Source: a virus (lineage: Duplodnaviria; Caudoviricetes). From it: a stretch of 50,740 bases of DNA. Within the stretch, counting starts at the first letter, position 1, and each line of letters opens with the position of its first letter. The translations under genes were made by a program, and so were the position numbers. This document shows, one piece after another, positions 1 through 9,900 of this stretch. The stretch spans positions 1 to 50,740 of the IMG/VR virus record IMGVR_UViG_3300040733_000034. The stretch is one strand, 5' to 3'. Under the pieces are notes generated by a model. It saw only the letters and a program-made list of their open reading frames with translations. It did no database searches and was not told the DNA's origin.

Positions 1-62
<62 letters not shown>

Positions 63-124
63 TTGGTGGGCGATTTTGTACGCATTTAGCGTGGTTCGAG
101 CCGCCGAGCCACGCTAAACAAGTA

Positions 125-154
125 AAACCCCGAAGCGGTATTATTTCGGGGTTT
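125..154 (-). terminator. Probable intrinsic terminator of the AAA/VWA operon
   Basis: Inverted repeat aaaccccgaa/ttcggggttt ending in a T-run on the minus strand, downstream of ORF 191-1147; a second hairpin lies at 85-118. Confidence 0.55.
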
Positions 155-190
155 GTTATAATTTATTATAACCTCTTGTTGTCATATATG

Positions 191-1147
191 CTATGCCACG
201 TTATCGTCTACCCTGTTAAGGAGCTCCATGGCCTGGGCCAGTACGACCTCCAGATCCGCCTCGGCCCCAAGGATCCCAGTCTGTAGCATATCCCGGTAAG
301 ATTCAACGAGTTCGCGCAGACCCTTAGCCTGGTCGACGTACTGGACGGCAAGGCGCTGCGTGACCGTTTTATCCTCCAGCAGGATCCTGGTCATCTCAGC
401 GATCAGTGTTTCGGACGACTTCTTCACCTGATCTTCAAGGCTCTCCTCCAGCATTTGCAGCTGCTCCTCGGCATTTACTACCGGTACCCGGTAGACTCTC
501 GACTTGCCTTTGGTGACGCTGAAAGCGCTGATCTTGTTGGCAAAGGTCTGCAGGTTCTCCAGGGTGCCCTCGAATTCTTTAGGGACAAAATAGACTCCTC
601 CGGAGGGTCTTACGTTCACCGGCTTGCACCCGCGCAGCACGTCGTTAATAATGTCCCGCATGGCCCTGCCGTTATAGTTATCCTGCTCGATCTCATAGGC
701 TGTCTTAATACGCTCAACGGCGGCCCTCTCCTCAGCGTTCATGGGTTCGATCGGAATGTAATGGATATCTGTATCTTTGAGCACCATCCTGCCCACCGGC
801 TTGTATTCCAAACGCGTGTTTTTACCGTCAACAACTTCCCGGACGATCTGGCGTTCGATCAGGTTCTTGCCCTGGGTAACGTCCCGGACCATGATGTTTA
901 AAAAGGTCTCATCGGTAAAGGGGACCTTCTTAACTTCCCCGGAGCTGGTCGCCCGCCTGAAAGCGTCCCTTGGGCTGATCGGCCGGGGCAGGAATTTTTG
1001 ATCAATGCCGGACTCGTCGAAGATCCCCGCCAGGGTGTCCCGGGTGATCCGGCAGTCAGTCACGGTAAACCATATCAGATGGCCCAGAAAGTCCAGGCTC
1101 ACTCCATGCTGCTGTTCTACGGCTACAAGTTTGTCTATGTTAGTCAA
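191..1147 (-). CDS. Conserved hypothetical protein of the MoxR/VWA operon (possibly DUF6744-like)
   Basis: 318-aa ORF with RPSGGVYFVP motif, RBS upstream, last gene of the AAA-VWA operon. Confidence 0.7.
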   Translation of the reverse strand: MTNIDKLVAVEQQHGVSLDFLGHLIWFTVTDCRITRDTLAGIFDESGIDQKFLPRPISPRDAFRRATSSGEVKKVPFTDETFLNIMVRDVTQGKNLIERQIVREVVDGKNTRLEYKPVGRMVLKDTDIHYIPIEPMNAEERAAVERIKTAYEIEQDNYNGRAMRDIINDVLRGCKPVNVRPSGGVYFVPKEFEGTLENLQTFANKISAFSVTKGKSRVYRVPVVNAEEQLQMLEESLEDQVKKSSETLIAEMTRILLEDKTVTQRLAVQYVDQAKGLRELVESYRDMLQTGILGAEADLEVVLAQAMELLNRVDDNVA

Positions 1148-1355
1148 TGTCTGCTCCCCCTTCCACTATGAAAGTGCCGTCCGCTTCAAAATTCCTGCAC
1201 TCACCGTCTAACAGGTCCACTCTCTCGCAGAGGGTAGGACCGTATATGCAATCTAAGCAATCGTCAAAGCCGCCAGAATTGTCGTTTATACCTTTCATGA
1301 TCATGAGACCGCCTCCTCTTATCTTAAAAAGCCTGTTCAAATACTTCGCCGGCAA
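1140..1355 (-). CDS. Small Cys-rich hypothetical protein (true start probably near 1305)
   Basis: CxxC...C...C pattern; GAGGAGG RBS near 1311-1318; overlaps the start of the next gene. Confidence 0.5.
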   Translation of the reverse strand: MPAKYLNRLFKIRGGGLMIMKGINDNSGGFDDCLDCIYGPTLCERVDLLDGECRNFEADGTFIVEGGADID

Positions 1356-2805
1356 TTTCCTCGGTCAGTTTGTAGGCTGACCATACCTGATCGCTCCAGC
1401 GCTTCAGCTCCCCGCCAGGATCGTTGCCTATAAGGATCGACCAGGTCCTGAAGTCCTGGGCCTTCTTGGCCGCCAGGAACTCCTCGACAAATTTGTCCTG
1501 CAGCCGGCAGAGCCCGTCTGTTACCATGACTACGTCGGCCTTTTTATACTGCTGCTGCCGGATCCTGGTCATGGCCAGCTCAAGCGCCGGCGTGTAGTCA
1601 GTCCCCCCGTGTGCCCCTACTGTCGAGATATCCACCAGCTTGTCGATGTTCTTCTCGCCGGGAGCGAATTCGACAATCTTCTGGATCTTGGTATCAAAAA
1701 ACGCGATCAGGGTCTGGCGCTTCTGCCTGGTGGCTGTGTCGGCCAGGGCCATGGCCACGCCGATCGCCCAGTCAAGCGGCTGCCCGCTCATACTCCCCGA
1801 GATGTCGATAAGGACTATCATCGGCCCTCTGCCCAGGCGCTCCTTACTCTTGAGCTGGTACTGCAGGAGGCTGCGCTCGCTGTAGCGCCGGTAGAAGTCC
1901 ATCTCTCTGACGGGATCCGTAAGTGCCGCCATCTCTGCCGGCAGGATCCTGCCTATATCCCGGCCTAAGGTTATGCCGTGGATCTCGTCCCGGCCCCGGT
2001 CAACTTTGTGTTTTTGACGGCTGCGGGCCAGGTTCCGGAAACGCCCGACCAGGTCGGAGAGTTTTTTCATCCGCGGCCCCATGAGCCTTTCAGCAAGTTT
2101 TAGGCGATCGCCTATAGGCACCCGGGAAAGGTCCCCGGGATCCATCCCCCAACCGGCCAGGGCTTTAGACATTTCCTCGGCCTTATCCTGGCCAGCCTCC
2201 ATGGATGTCCTGACGGCACTCCTGAGCGCTCCGGCCGCCTTCTCCAGTTCCTGCTGGGCAAGATCCGCATATCCCTCCGCAACTGGACCGTTGCCCTTGT
2301 CGGCGGCTTCCGTGGCCTTCTCCGCCTGCTGCATTGCTTTCTGCAGCTCCGGCTTATCCTGGATCTCTTTCATCAATGTCTTGCCGGCCTCCAAAGTGGC
2401 CAGGGCTGACGACAGCTCATCCATCTGAGTGGTGATCCTGGCCTGCTCGGTCGTGGGATCCTCGGCCATCTTTTCGATGTAAGGTCTGTTAGCCTTGTAA
2501 GCCGCGTCCACCCGTTCCTCCGGAAGCAGATCCGGGCTGGCCTTGTAGAACTGGCCCCAGACGTCCCGGAGGAGAGAGCGCCAGGCCTTTGATTCCCTGA
2601 CCTGATCTTCCTCTATAACGTCGCGGGCGCCGGACAGCTTTTGCAGCGCCTGGCTTTCACCCATCAGTTCTTCATAAGCTCTCCGGTCGTAGCTGTCCAG
2701 GTCCATATTGTGGTCCTTTGCTGACAGGGCTTTTATTATACTTGGGTCAACGCCCAAATACTTGTCTGTAAATAGAGCGGAGTTAATAACCTGTTCACGA
2801 GACAT
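1324..2805 (-). CDS. VWA-domain protein (ViaA/CoxE-like partner of MoxR ATPase)
   Basis: MIDAS motif DISGSMSG, GGTDY, VMVTDG in the C-terminal third; helical N-terminus. Confidence 0.9.
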   Translation of the reverse strand: MSREQVINSALFTDKYLGVDPSIIKALSAKDHNMDLDSYDRRAYEELMGESQALQKLSGARDVIEEDQVRESKAWRSLLRDVWGQFYKASPDLLPEERVDAAYKANRPYIEKMAEDPTTEQARITTQMDELSSALATLEAGKTLMKEIQDKPELQKAMQQAEKATEAADKGNGPVAEGYADLAQQELEKAAGALRSAVRTSMEAGQDKAEEMSKALAGWGMDPGDLSRVPIGDRLKLAERLMGPRMKKLSDLVGRFRNLARSRQKHKVDRGRDEIHGITLGRDIGRILPAEMAALTDPVREMDFYRRYSERSLLQYQLKSKERLGRGPMIVLIDISGSMSGQPLDWAIGVAMALADTATRQKRQTLIAFFDTKIQKIVEFAPGEKNIDKLVDISTVGAHGGTDYTPALELAMTRIRQQQYKKADVVMVTDGLCRLQDKFVEEFLAAKKAQDFRTWSILIGNDPGGELKRWSDQVWSAYKLTEEIAGEVFEQAF

Positions 2806-2820
2806 ATTCCAATCTCCTTC

Positions 2821-3948
2821 CTAAAGCCTGATACCCAGGCACTTGTTGACGATCTCCTTGTTGATGTTCAGGACCTGCTGCATGACCTCCACGATCTTGG
2901 TCTCGTTTTTACCGGCCTTCTTGGCGTCGGCCCTCATCGCATCAAGCCTGGATGTAAGTTTTTTCAGCTTCTGGTTGGCTTCAGCCGCTATCTTGGTGAC
3001 CTTGCTCTCATCCTGTTCGTTCATGGCCTTGTGCCAGAGCTCCAGGGCTTCGTCAGCAATGTTCTGGGCTTCGATGTCCATGGGATTGGCCAGCGCTAAG
3101 ATGGTTTTGCGGACTTCCTGGACCTGCGCCGGTTCGTCCCAGCAAGTGGCCGCCAGGATGGCCAGGTCGTCGTCAGTAGCTTTGGCCCGGCCTTCCAGCC
3201 AGGCGTGCGCCTTGACCAGTTTAACGGCTTTTTTCCAGCGCCTCGGGCTGTTATAGATGTTAAGCTCGGCATTTATTTTCTGCCTCAGCTCGGTTAGCCT
3301 GGGCACTATCCCGCGGATGTCCACCGCTTCAACCTCGGCCTGGACCTGGGCCAGCTCCTGCATCGTAATCGTGGTGCAGCCGTGGGATTTGTTCTGGCCG
3401 TTCATAAGGATCTCGAAGTTCTTGGGGTTTTTAAGGTCACCAACTATATAACGAAGCATGAACCGGTCCCAAAGCGCCCCTAATTCTTCCTTGTCCTCGG
3501 GCATCTCGTTGGAGGCCCCGACCATAAACTGCAGCGGGCAGCTGAGCCGCTGGCCGTCGTTGTCGAACGTCCGCTCGTTCATCACTCCCAGGAGTGAATT
3601 CAGTACCGCTGAATTCGCCTTAAACACCTCATCCAGGAAAGCAATGTCCGCTTCTACCAGCTTGCCGGCAGTGTTGCGCCTGTAGCTGTCGGCCTTCAAT
3701 GCCGATACGCTGACCGGCCCGAAAATCTCATCCGGCGCCGTTGTCCTCATCATTAGCCAGTGAAAATAGCGCCCCGAGATCCTGCCGGTAAGGTTGTCGC
3801 TCATGTCGCTTTTACCGGTACCGGGAGGCCCTAACAAAACGACATGCTCACCGGATAGGAGCCCGACCAAAAGGCCCCGGATCGGGTCCTGCCGCTCAAG
3901 ATAGACTTGATTCATTTCCTGTTCGACAGCCTGTAATTTGTTTCTCAT
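2821..3948 (-). CDS. MoxR/RavA-family AAA+ ATPase
   Basis: Walker A GPPGTGKS, Walker B FLDEVFKANSAVLN, GASNE and ALWDRF motifs typical of RavA-like proteins. Confidence 0.92.
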   Translation of the reverse strand: MRNKLQAVEQEMNQVYLERQDPIRGLLVGLLSGEHVVLLGPPGTGKSDMSDNLTGRISGRYFHWLMMRTTAPDEIFGPVSVSALKADSYRRNTAGKLVEADIAFLDEVFKANSAVLNSLLGVMNERTFDNDGQRLSCPLQFMVGASNEMPEDKEELGALWDRFMLRYIVGDLKNPKNFEILMNGQNKSHGCTTITMQELAQVQAEVEAVDIRGIVPRLTELRQKINAELNIYNSPRRWKKAVKLVKAHAWLEGRAKATDDDLAILAATCWDEPAQVQEVRKTILALANPMDIEAQNIADEALELWHKAMNEQDESKVTKIAAEANQKLKKLTSRLDAMRADAKKAGKNETKIVEVMQQVLNINKEIVNKCLGIRL

Positions 3949-4000
3949 TTTCTAACCTCAGCCCCTTAAATTATTTGGTTTGGGCGTTCGCCCTAATACT

Positions 4001-4029
4001 ATTATAATACTATAGTAGTATTATGTAAA
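4001..4029 (-). promoter_or_regulatory. Sigma-A promoter for the AAA/VWA operon, overlapped by a TAATACTA palindrome/repeat
   Basis: Minus strand TTTACA-N17-TATAAT; TAATACTA at 3994 and 4005, inverted copy at 4016-4023. Confidence 0.7.
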
Positions 4030-4077
4030 TATATATGTGGTATTATTTTTACATTTTTATGGGGAATTTTTTATCAC

Positions 4078-4103
4078 AAAAAAACTCCCCTATACGGAGA
4101 GTT
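4078..4103 (-). terminator. Intrinsic terminator
   Basis: Minus strand AACTCTCC-gtata-GGGGAGTT followed by a T-run. Confidence 0.65.
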
Positions 4104-4122
4104 AAAAGGTGGTATACCCCTG

Positions 4123-4422
4123 TTAATTGTTTAATATCTCTACTTCCTCCCGGAACTGTCTTTCCAGTTCCTGCACGATCTCAAGCTGCTTTTCCTTGCG
4201 GTAAGCCGTAAAACTCCAGGGTACAACATTGATCATTCTGTGGTACCTGGCCCGCGCCCGCTCCAGCCGCTTTCTGATCCGCAGGCCTTTGGGTGAGATC
4301 CTGGCGATTAAAGTCACGGCCTCGCACTCCGGACAGGAGAATGACATTAAGCCCTTTTTTTCTTTTACCACGGGCATGTATTTGTGGCCGCATTTATCGC
4401 ATGACACTGATGTTTCGCTCAA
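4123..4422 (-). CDS. Small basic zinc-ribbon protein
   Basis: CDKC...CPEC pairs followed by an Arg-rich helix; start overlaps upstream stop. Confidence 0.6.
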   Translation of the reverse strand: MSETSVSCDKCGHKYMPVVKEKKGLMSFSCPECEAVTLIARISPKGLRIRKRLERARARYHRMINVVPWSFTAYRKEKQLEIVQELERQFREEVEILNN

Positions 4423-4604
4423 CGTTCAGCCCCCTTCCGCCTTAATACTTCCTCGGTCCTCCTTCTGATCGCGTCAACAAAATAAGCGTTCAGTGAGATC
4501 TTCCCGATATTATCGGCCTGGAGAATTTCGATCGCTTTCTCGGCCTGATCCTTAAGCTCAGAGGGAATTCTCAGGTTGAATCCTGTATCCCTTGATTCAG
4601 CCAA
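4419..4604 (-). CDS. Arc/ribbon-helix-helix DNA-binding protein
   Basis: Start re-called to TTG at 4604 (AAGGAG RBS); FNLRIPSELK...SLNAYFVDAI is the Arc/RHH signature. Confidence 0.75.
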   Translation of the reverse strand: MAESRDTGFNLRIPSELKDQAEKAIEILQADNIGKISLNAYFVDAIRRRTEEVLRRKGAER

Positions 4605-4634
4605 AGTAAACAACTCCTTATGTTTGATACCGCT

Positions 4635-4663
4635 ATAATACCATAACAATATCAGGCCCGCAA
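4635..4663 (-). promoter_or_regulatory. Extended -10 sigma-A promoter for the RHH/zinc-ribbon pair
   Basis: Minus strand TTGCGG-N17-TATTAT with TGn immediately before the -10. Confidence 0.5.
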
Positions 4664-4664
4664 G

Positions 4665-4686
4665 AAAAAACCGCCTTGCGGCGGTT
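4665..4686 (-). terminator. Terminator of the late/lysis operon
   Basis: Minus strand AACCGCC-GCAA-GGCGGTT plus T-run just after the last lysis gene. Confidence 0.85.
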
Positions 4687-4698
4687 AAATGCACAATC

Positions 4699-5040
4699 TT
4701 AGCCTTGTGTCCCATCTGTCCCGGCCCATCCGGTCAGCTCTTTGATCTGTCCGTTTATCAGGGCCATTAGCCTGGACATATAAGCAAGCTCGATCACTCC
4801 GATAATACCCAGCAGCGGATCCTCGTATTTGCCCAGGTCTAAAAATATCCCCGGCGCTGTCGCGCCCAAAAGCGTCAGGTAATACGGCAGCACCTCAGTC
4901 TTTAAAAACCTGGGCAGCTCCGTCCATTTGAAGGTCTCTTTTTTAAGGGCCAGGCTAATCCCCAGTAGAGTGTTAATCAGAATCAGCACGGCCAGGAATA
5001 CAAAGAGACTAGCAACCGCTTGATTAAAAACAGCCGTCAT
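4699..5040 (-). CDS. Putative holin
   Basis: 113 aa, three hydrophobic segments, adjacent to the endolysin. Confidence 0.65.
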   Translation of the reverse strand: MTAVFNQAVASLFVFLAVLILINTLLGISLALKKETFKWTELPRFLKTEVLPYYLTLLGATAPGIFLDLGKYEDPLLGIIGVIELAYMSRLMALINGQIKELTGWAGTDGTQG

Positions 5041-5042
5041 AA

Positions 5043-5810
5043 CTAAAGCCCTCCCAAATCAATTTTTACTGTCCGCGTGGCTTCGACCCACTGGACCCCC
5101 AGACCCGCGGCTTCAAACATTTTCCGGATAGGCCCATAAGCCGCACCGTCTATTATCTTGCCCGGCAACCGCAGATCTCCGATTTCGACCGTGATCGCGT
5201 TAGGATCCTGGGCGGCGGGATCCGGCAGCGTTGCTCCGAGAAAGTCGGCCACGCCCTGGGCGATCGCCCATGCAGCCTTCTGCTTATGCTCCGGACTGTT
5301 AAGGATCCGCTCCTCCTCGGGGTTGGTGATAAAGCCACCCTCCACCAGGATCGCGGGCGCCGAGTTAAGCCTGCCGATAACTGCGAAATACGCCTCTTTG
5401 ATCCCGCGGCCGTAAAGGCCTGTCGCCGCCAGCAGCCGGTTATAAACGGCCTCAGCCAGGCGCTTGCCTTCAGTGCTGCCAGGATAATGGTAGACCTCCA
5501 GTCCATGGCCGGCCGGGTTCGTCGCAGCATTTTGATGGATTGAGACAAAGGCATGGGCGCCGGCCCTGGTTGAGATCCTGGGCCGCTCGTATAGGTCCTC
5601 GTCCGGATCCTCCATCACATTGACGTCCTCAGTCCTGGTCAGGATCACCTGGCTGATCGGCGCCAGGTACTTGGCAGTCTGCAGGGCCACGTCCAGGTTT
5701 AAGTTATCCTCCTCGGTGTAGATCGTGTCCCCTTCAGCTGGCTGGATCCCGTCCACAGCCCCCGGATCCCGGCCGCCATGTCCTGCATCAATAACGGTTA
5801 CTTTGTCCAC
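5043..5810 (-). CDS. Endolysin, N-acetylmuramoyl-L-alanine amidase (Amidase_3)
   Basis: IDAGHGGRDPGA, FVSIHQNA and ILVEGGFITN motifs; short C-terminal copper-amine-oxidase-N-like domain. Confidence 0.93.
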   Translation of the reverse strand: MDKVTVIDAGHGGRDPGAVDGIQPAEGDTIYTEEDNLNLDVALQTAKYLAPISQVILTRTEDVNVMEDPDEDLYERPRISTRAGAHAFVSIHQNAATNPAGHGLEVYHYPGSTEGKRLAEAVYNRLLAATGLYGRGIKEAYFAVIGRLNSAPAILVEGGFITNPEEERILNSPEHKQKAAWAIAQGVADFLGATLPDPAAQDPNAITVEIGDLRLPGKIIDGAAYGPIRKMFEAAGLGVQWVEATRTVKIDLGGL

Positions 5811-6189
5811 TAATCGCTCCTTCCGTTTTTTCGTTAGCTAACGCATTGTTAACTATGGTTGTGCTGCCTGCCGCCAGCCCGCCCCGCGACGGCAAGGTTA
5901 TTTTCTCCACGGCCTTGCCTCCCAGGATCATAAGCACCGGGTAAGTAAGCGCCAGGAAAAAGTCCACCTGTACGGCCGTTACCTCAGCCGAAAATGCCAT
6001 TTTAAGCGCTGTTATTGCCCATATGGGTGTAAGTATTACCCCGACGAATTCAGAAAGAGTCAGCCCGTCCGTGTCGCTCCAGAATCCTTTTCCGCGGCAT
6101 AGGAATACTATGAACACGAAAAGGATCACGACCCCCACCGTTGCCAGCAGGTAAGGGTTTTCTATTGAGACAAGAAAATACTCGTTCAT
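5788..6189 (-). CDS. Membrane protein, putative holin
   Basis: Three transmembrane-like segments; lies in the lysis module. Confidence 0.6.
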   Translation of the reverse strand: MNEYFLVSIENPYLLATVGVVILFVFIVFLCRGKGFWSDTDGLTLSEFVGVILTPIWAITALKMAFSAEVTAVQVDFFLALTYPVLMILGGKAVEKITLPSRGGLAAGSTTIVNNALANEKTEGAISGQSNRY

Positions 6190-6713
6190 CCTGTAGCTCC
6201 TCCGCTCTTGTGGTAAAGGTTGGCCAGGTAGGTGAGAAATTGGATCAGCAGGGCGCCGGCGGCGATCCCGACCGGGATCCAGACTCTGAACCCCTTATAA
6301 ATCTTTTCCATGGTCTCGGCGACCCCTTGCTCCTGACCTCTCTTTTCAGCCTTTTCCTTTTGTTCCTCAGCCAGGTAGTTATTTACGGCCAGCAGCGTGA
6401 CCGCTTGATCTTTGATCACTTTGTCGACCTCCTCCTGCCAGTGCTGCAGCCGGATTCGATCCCCCTCTTGCGCCTGGCCCTGCTTGGCCAGCTTGTCCAG
6501 CTGCTTGCTCAGGGTGCCGTGGAAAGGGCAGTCCTTTTCCAAATCGGCCAGGCGCTTTTCCGTTAAGGTTTTATACGTGCAAAGGTCTGCGATCTGTTGT
6601 CGGTGCTCGTTGTAGACCTTCCCCTCAAGGTCTTTTATGTCTTTTTGTGCTGCCTGTAGCTCTTTCTCTAATGCCTCATTTCCGCTCAATCGGCTGCCCT
6701 CCCCTGGTAACAA
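6186..6713 (-). CDS. Coiled-coil protein with C-terminal TM helix (lysis module; start likely TTG near 6689)
   Basis: Heptad-rich body and a hydrophobic C-terminal helix; GGGGAGG RBS near 6699-6705. Confidence 0.65.
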   Translation of the reverse strand: MLPGEGSRLSGNEALEKELQAAQKDIKDLEGKVYNEHRQQIADLCTYKTLTEKRLADLEKDCPFHGTLSKQLDKLAKQGQAQEGDRIRLQHWQEEVDKVIKDQAVTLLAVNNYLAEEQKEKAEKRGQEQGVAETMEKIYKGFRVWIPVGIAAGALLIQFLTYLANLYHKSGGATG

Positions 6714-6719
6714 TTACCT

Positions 6720-6965
6720 TTATTTTGTCATTTACAGCATTGTTGCATATCGTGTAAAATGACATTGCTGCGCTGGGCACGGGATCCGCTCTCCCGTTGG
6801 ACAGTCCTTCCCCTGGGACTGTCCTTTACGCCTGGCGCGGTCTGTTTTTATAGCTCTTTCGCCTTGATCGCAACCGTGCCGGCGCGGCAATAAGGTTGTA
6901 ACTGTAATAGGCTTGTTAATGCTTTGGGGCGTAACGGCTATAAATACATACAACATAAACCGCTA
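6720..6965 (-). ncRNA. Possible structured RNA / leader between tail and lysis genes
   Basis: Several nested inverted repeats in a ~250-bp intergenic region (see findings). Confidence 0.3.
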
Positions 6966-6967
6966 TA

Positions 6968-9900
6968 CTACTCTGTCACCCGGAAGTTGTAACAGGCCAG
7001 CGGCCTGGAAACCCCACAAATACCAAAGGTATTGACAGCCCCTAAATGGTTGGCCACCGTTTCCGTTGTTATATTTGTGTACCAGATCCCGTCCGTTGAA
7101 ACGTCAAAATATAACGTCGATCCTATTAGACGTATTCTCAAGAAGCCATCTACCAGAGCATTAATAAAATAATTACAGGTTGCCCCGTTGGAGTTCCAAG
7201 CCCAGTTAGTCATTCTGGAAAGCATCAGCCTATAATAACCGTTTGTCCTGTTAAATGTCCAGATCAGCTGCCTGTTGTTGGACGTATTCCGCAAGTAGAG
7301 GCCAACCCAGTGGTTGTCTGCGACATTAAGGGTAGACGATATATGCGCCCGGAAAGAGAAGTCACCAGCAGGGGCCACCTGTTCAATACCTTTGTTGTTT
7401 GCCGCTCCTGTGTTAAACCATAAATAACCATTTTCAAGTACATTGGCTGCGTCTCCCCCAAAGGCCAACCACTTGGGATCCAGGCTTTCACCCTCGAATT
7501 CATCATCTTTTGCATGAGGCACAGCTGGCGGAATGTCCCCCGGCTTGTAATAACTTGCGCCCCCTCCCCCCGTTGACGCGATCGTGATCGTCTTGGCCTC
7601 ATTATTCTGTACCATGGAAACATTCGCCCCAGGGATCAGCGTCACGGCCCCGGTCAGGGCGTCTGCCCCCTGCTTTTTGATCGACGTTACCCTGGCCAGG
7701 AATTCGTGCAGGTCGGCCGCGTGTCGCAGGGCATTGTAATACTGCAGGTGATCGTCTGAGCCCAGGCCCAAAAGCAGGCCGTGGAAATGGTTATGGTCAA
7801 TCGGTGCTCCTGGGCGCTCGTCCAGGTTTGTCATGGTGGAGTCCTGGGATCCCATAGACAGGCGCTCGACCAGTTGGGCCAGTATGATCTCCCGCTCCAG
7901 CATAATATTGTTAAGCTCAAGCTGTACTGTGAGCTTTTGATCGGCGTCCTCCGCAACCGTCGCCCCGACCACTCTGACCTTCCCGTCAAACCCTATCGAG
8001 TCGGCCCCTTCCGGCTCGATATGCACCCAGATCCAGTCACCTTTACTGTAGTTGTCCCGGTATCGGTGGAAAGCAAAGTCTGTATTCAGCCGGATTCCCC
8101 AGCTTACCTCTCCGCGCTTATTGATCTTCATATTTCCGTAGTTTGTAAGCTGCGTCCAGTCGTCCGGGATGTTCCGGGCTTGCAGATATCCCTCCCGCCT
8201 TCCCCAGGTTGTCGGACTGGTTGGGTGAGTCACTTCAACCAGGGATCCTGCGTCGCCTTCGATCAGGCATACGTTCTCGATATTTGTGCTGTCACTCTGG
8301 TTTTCATGGGCCAGGATTGCCTGCCCCTTGAAAAAGCGCACCGTATCGGAAAGATCCTGCCCCTTGCCTGGGCTTTTGTAGGCCTTGAGCACAAAAGTCG
8401 TGCTGATCTCCAGATCAAACAGGCCAAAGCCGGCAGTCAATTTTTCGGCCACCTTGGACAGTTTAGTCCCACTGTGGAAAGAAAGGTCTGTTTCATCGTC
8501 CCATGGCATCCCAACGCTGTCATAATCAGCCGTAAAGTCACAGCTCAGGTAAGGAAAACACCCGCGGGCCTTTGCCTCCTGGAATAACTGCAGGAAGATC
8601 GCGGCCCCGCGGACAGCCGTCCATCTCCGCTCCAGCGTCGCCGGGTAAGGCATCCCCTCCGGGTAAACCACGGCCTGGTCTAATACTGCCAGTATCCCAC
8701 GGCCGGAGACATCGATCCACTGCTCCTCGTCGTCTGATACATAGGCAGGCTTGCGGCTCTCGATAATCCACTTAAAGACATCCACCCCGTTAAGGCGGCA
8801 GAGAATATAATTTTGATCGGTTATTAATGATCTGTCGCCGCCCTTGGGATCCAGCCTTGAGATCCTAAACTTGCCGGATCCGCATCCATTCCTCTGCTCA
8901 TAATAGGACTTGTCCGCCGCACCGTCCAGCTCAGCCAGGATCGTGTTCGGGTTCGCCTTGGCGCAGACAAACAGCTCCAGGCCCGTGTCTGTTGTAGGCT
9001 GCGCCTCATATATTTCCAAGCCTTTAAGGTTGCTGTCCCGCTGGCCCGGAGGATCCGGCGTTGTTAGACGGACAAACACTGCCCCGCTTACTGCGTCGAC
9101 CGGAACCGTAAAGGTAATCTGCTGCCACGACCAGGAGACAATCCCGCACTGCAAAGCCCCCAGGTAAACGGATCCTCCGTACCCTCTGGCTGTTCGGTCT
9201 GCGTTTTCCGGATCGCTGGCGGCCTTGGATCCAAAACCGTTGCCGTATATGGTCACGGCAGCCCCCTGGCTGGCCCTGGTTACACTCAGGCGCTCGATAT
9301 ACGGAGACGGCGGATCGTCCGTGACGTTCTCATACTGGAAAAGCGCCCTGGTCTCTGACCAGACGTCCAGCTTGCCGACGTTCTCATATTGATAGAGGAT
9401 CCTCTTTTCCGTCCAGTCGTTGAATTTTGCGACGTTCTCGAAGTTGTAAAGGATCCGCTTGTCAACACCGTAAACCTCTTTAAAACTAGAGACCGCAGAG
9501 GTCACCCCTGAGCATACCGCTTTCCAGTACCATGTCCCCCGGCAAAGATCCTCTGGCACCTGCCAAGAGACATTTCCCGGCACACTCAGGACGCCCCCGC
9601 TCTGGAGCAGGGGGCTGTTAAAAGTGGCCGTAATGTCCACGTAAAAGGTGACATTATGGCTTTGTGGGTTGGGCACGTTGGTGGTAAGGGAGTTCAGTTT
9701 TGGCGTATAGATTGCGCTGTCTGTGGTTAGCTCCTCACGGATCCACAAATACTTCCCGGTAAGGTCTGCCCCTGGGATAAGTCCAGGGATCGCGTTGCCG
9801 CTTGTGGCCACCTGGAAATCACCGTCTAGCGGCATTGTCTCCGGATCCTCGTTGATCGCGCATTTGACAATTACCGAAGTCCCGACCGGAGTGGTTGCGT

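Noticed and set aside
64-75. Second tRNA (minus strand AATCGCCCACCA looks like a tRNA 3' end)
   Set aside because: The upstream sequence has no T-loop or cloverleaf; at most a 12-nt remnant or chance match
6732-6956. 74-aa minus-strand ORF in the tail-lysis gap
   Set aside because: No convincing RBS or protein-like features; the region is better explained by RNA/DNA secondary structure
6720-7300. Diversity-generating retroelement at the tail fibre end
   Set aside because: No reverse transcriptase in the phage and no TR/VR pair differing at adenines was seen
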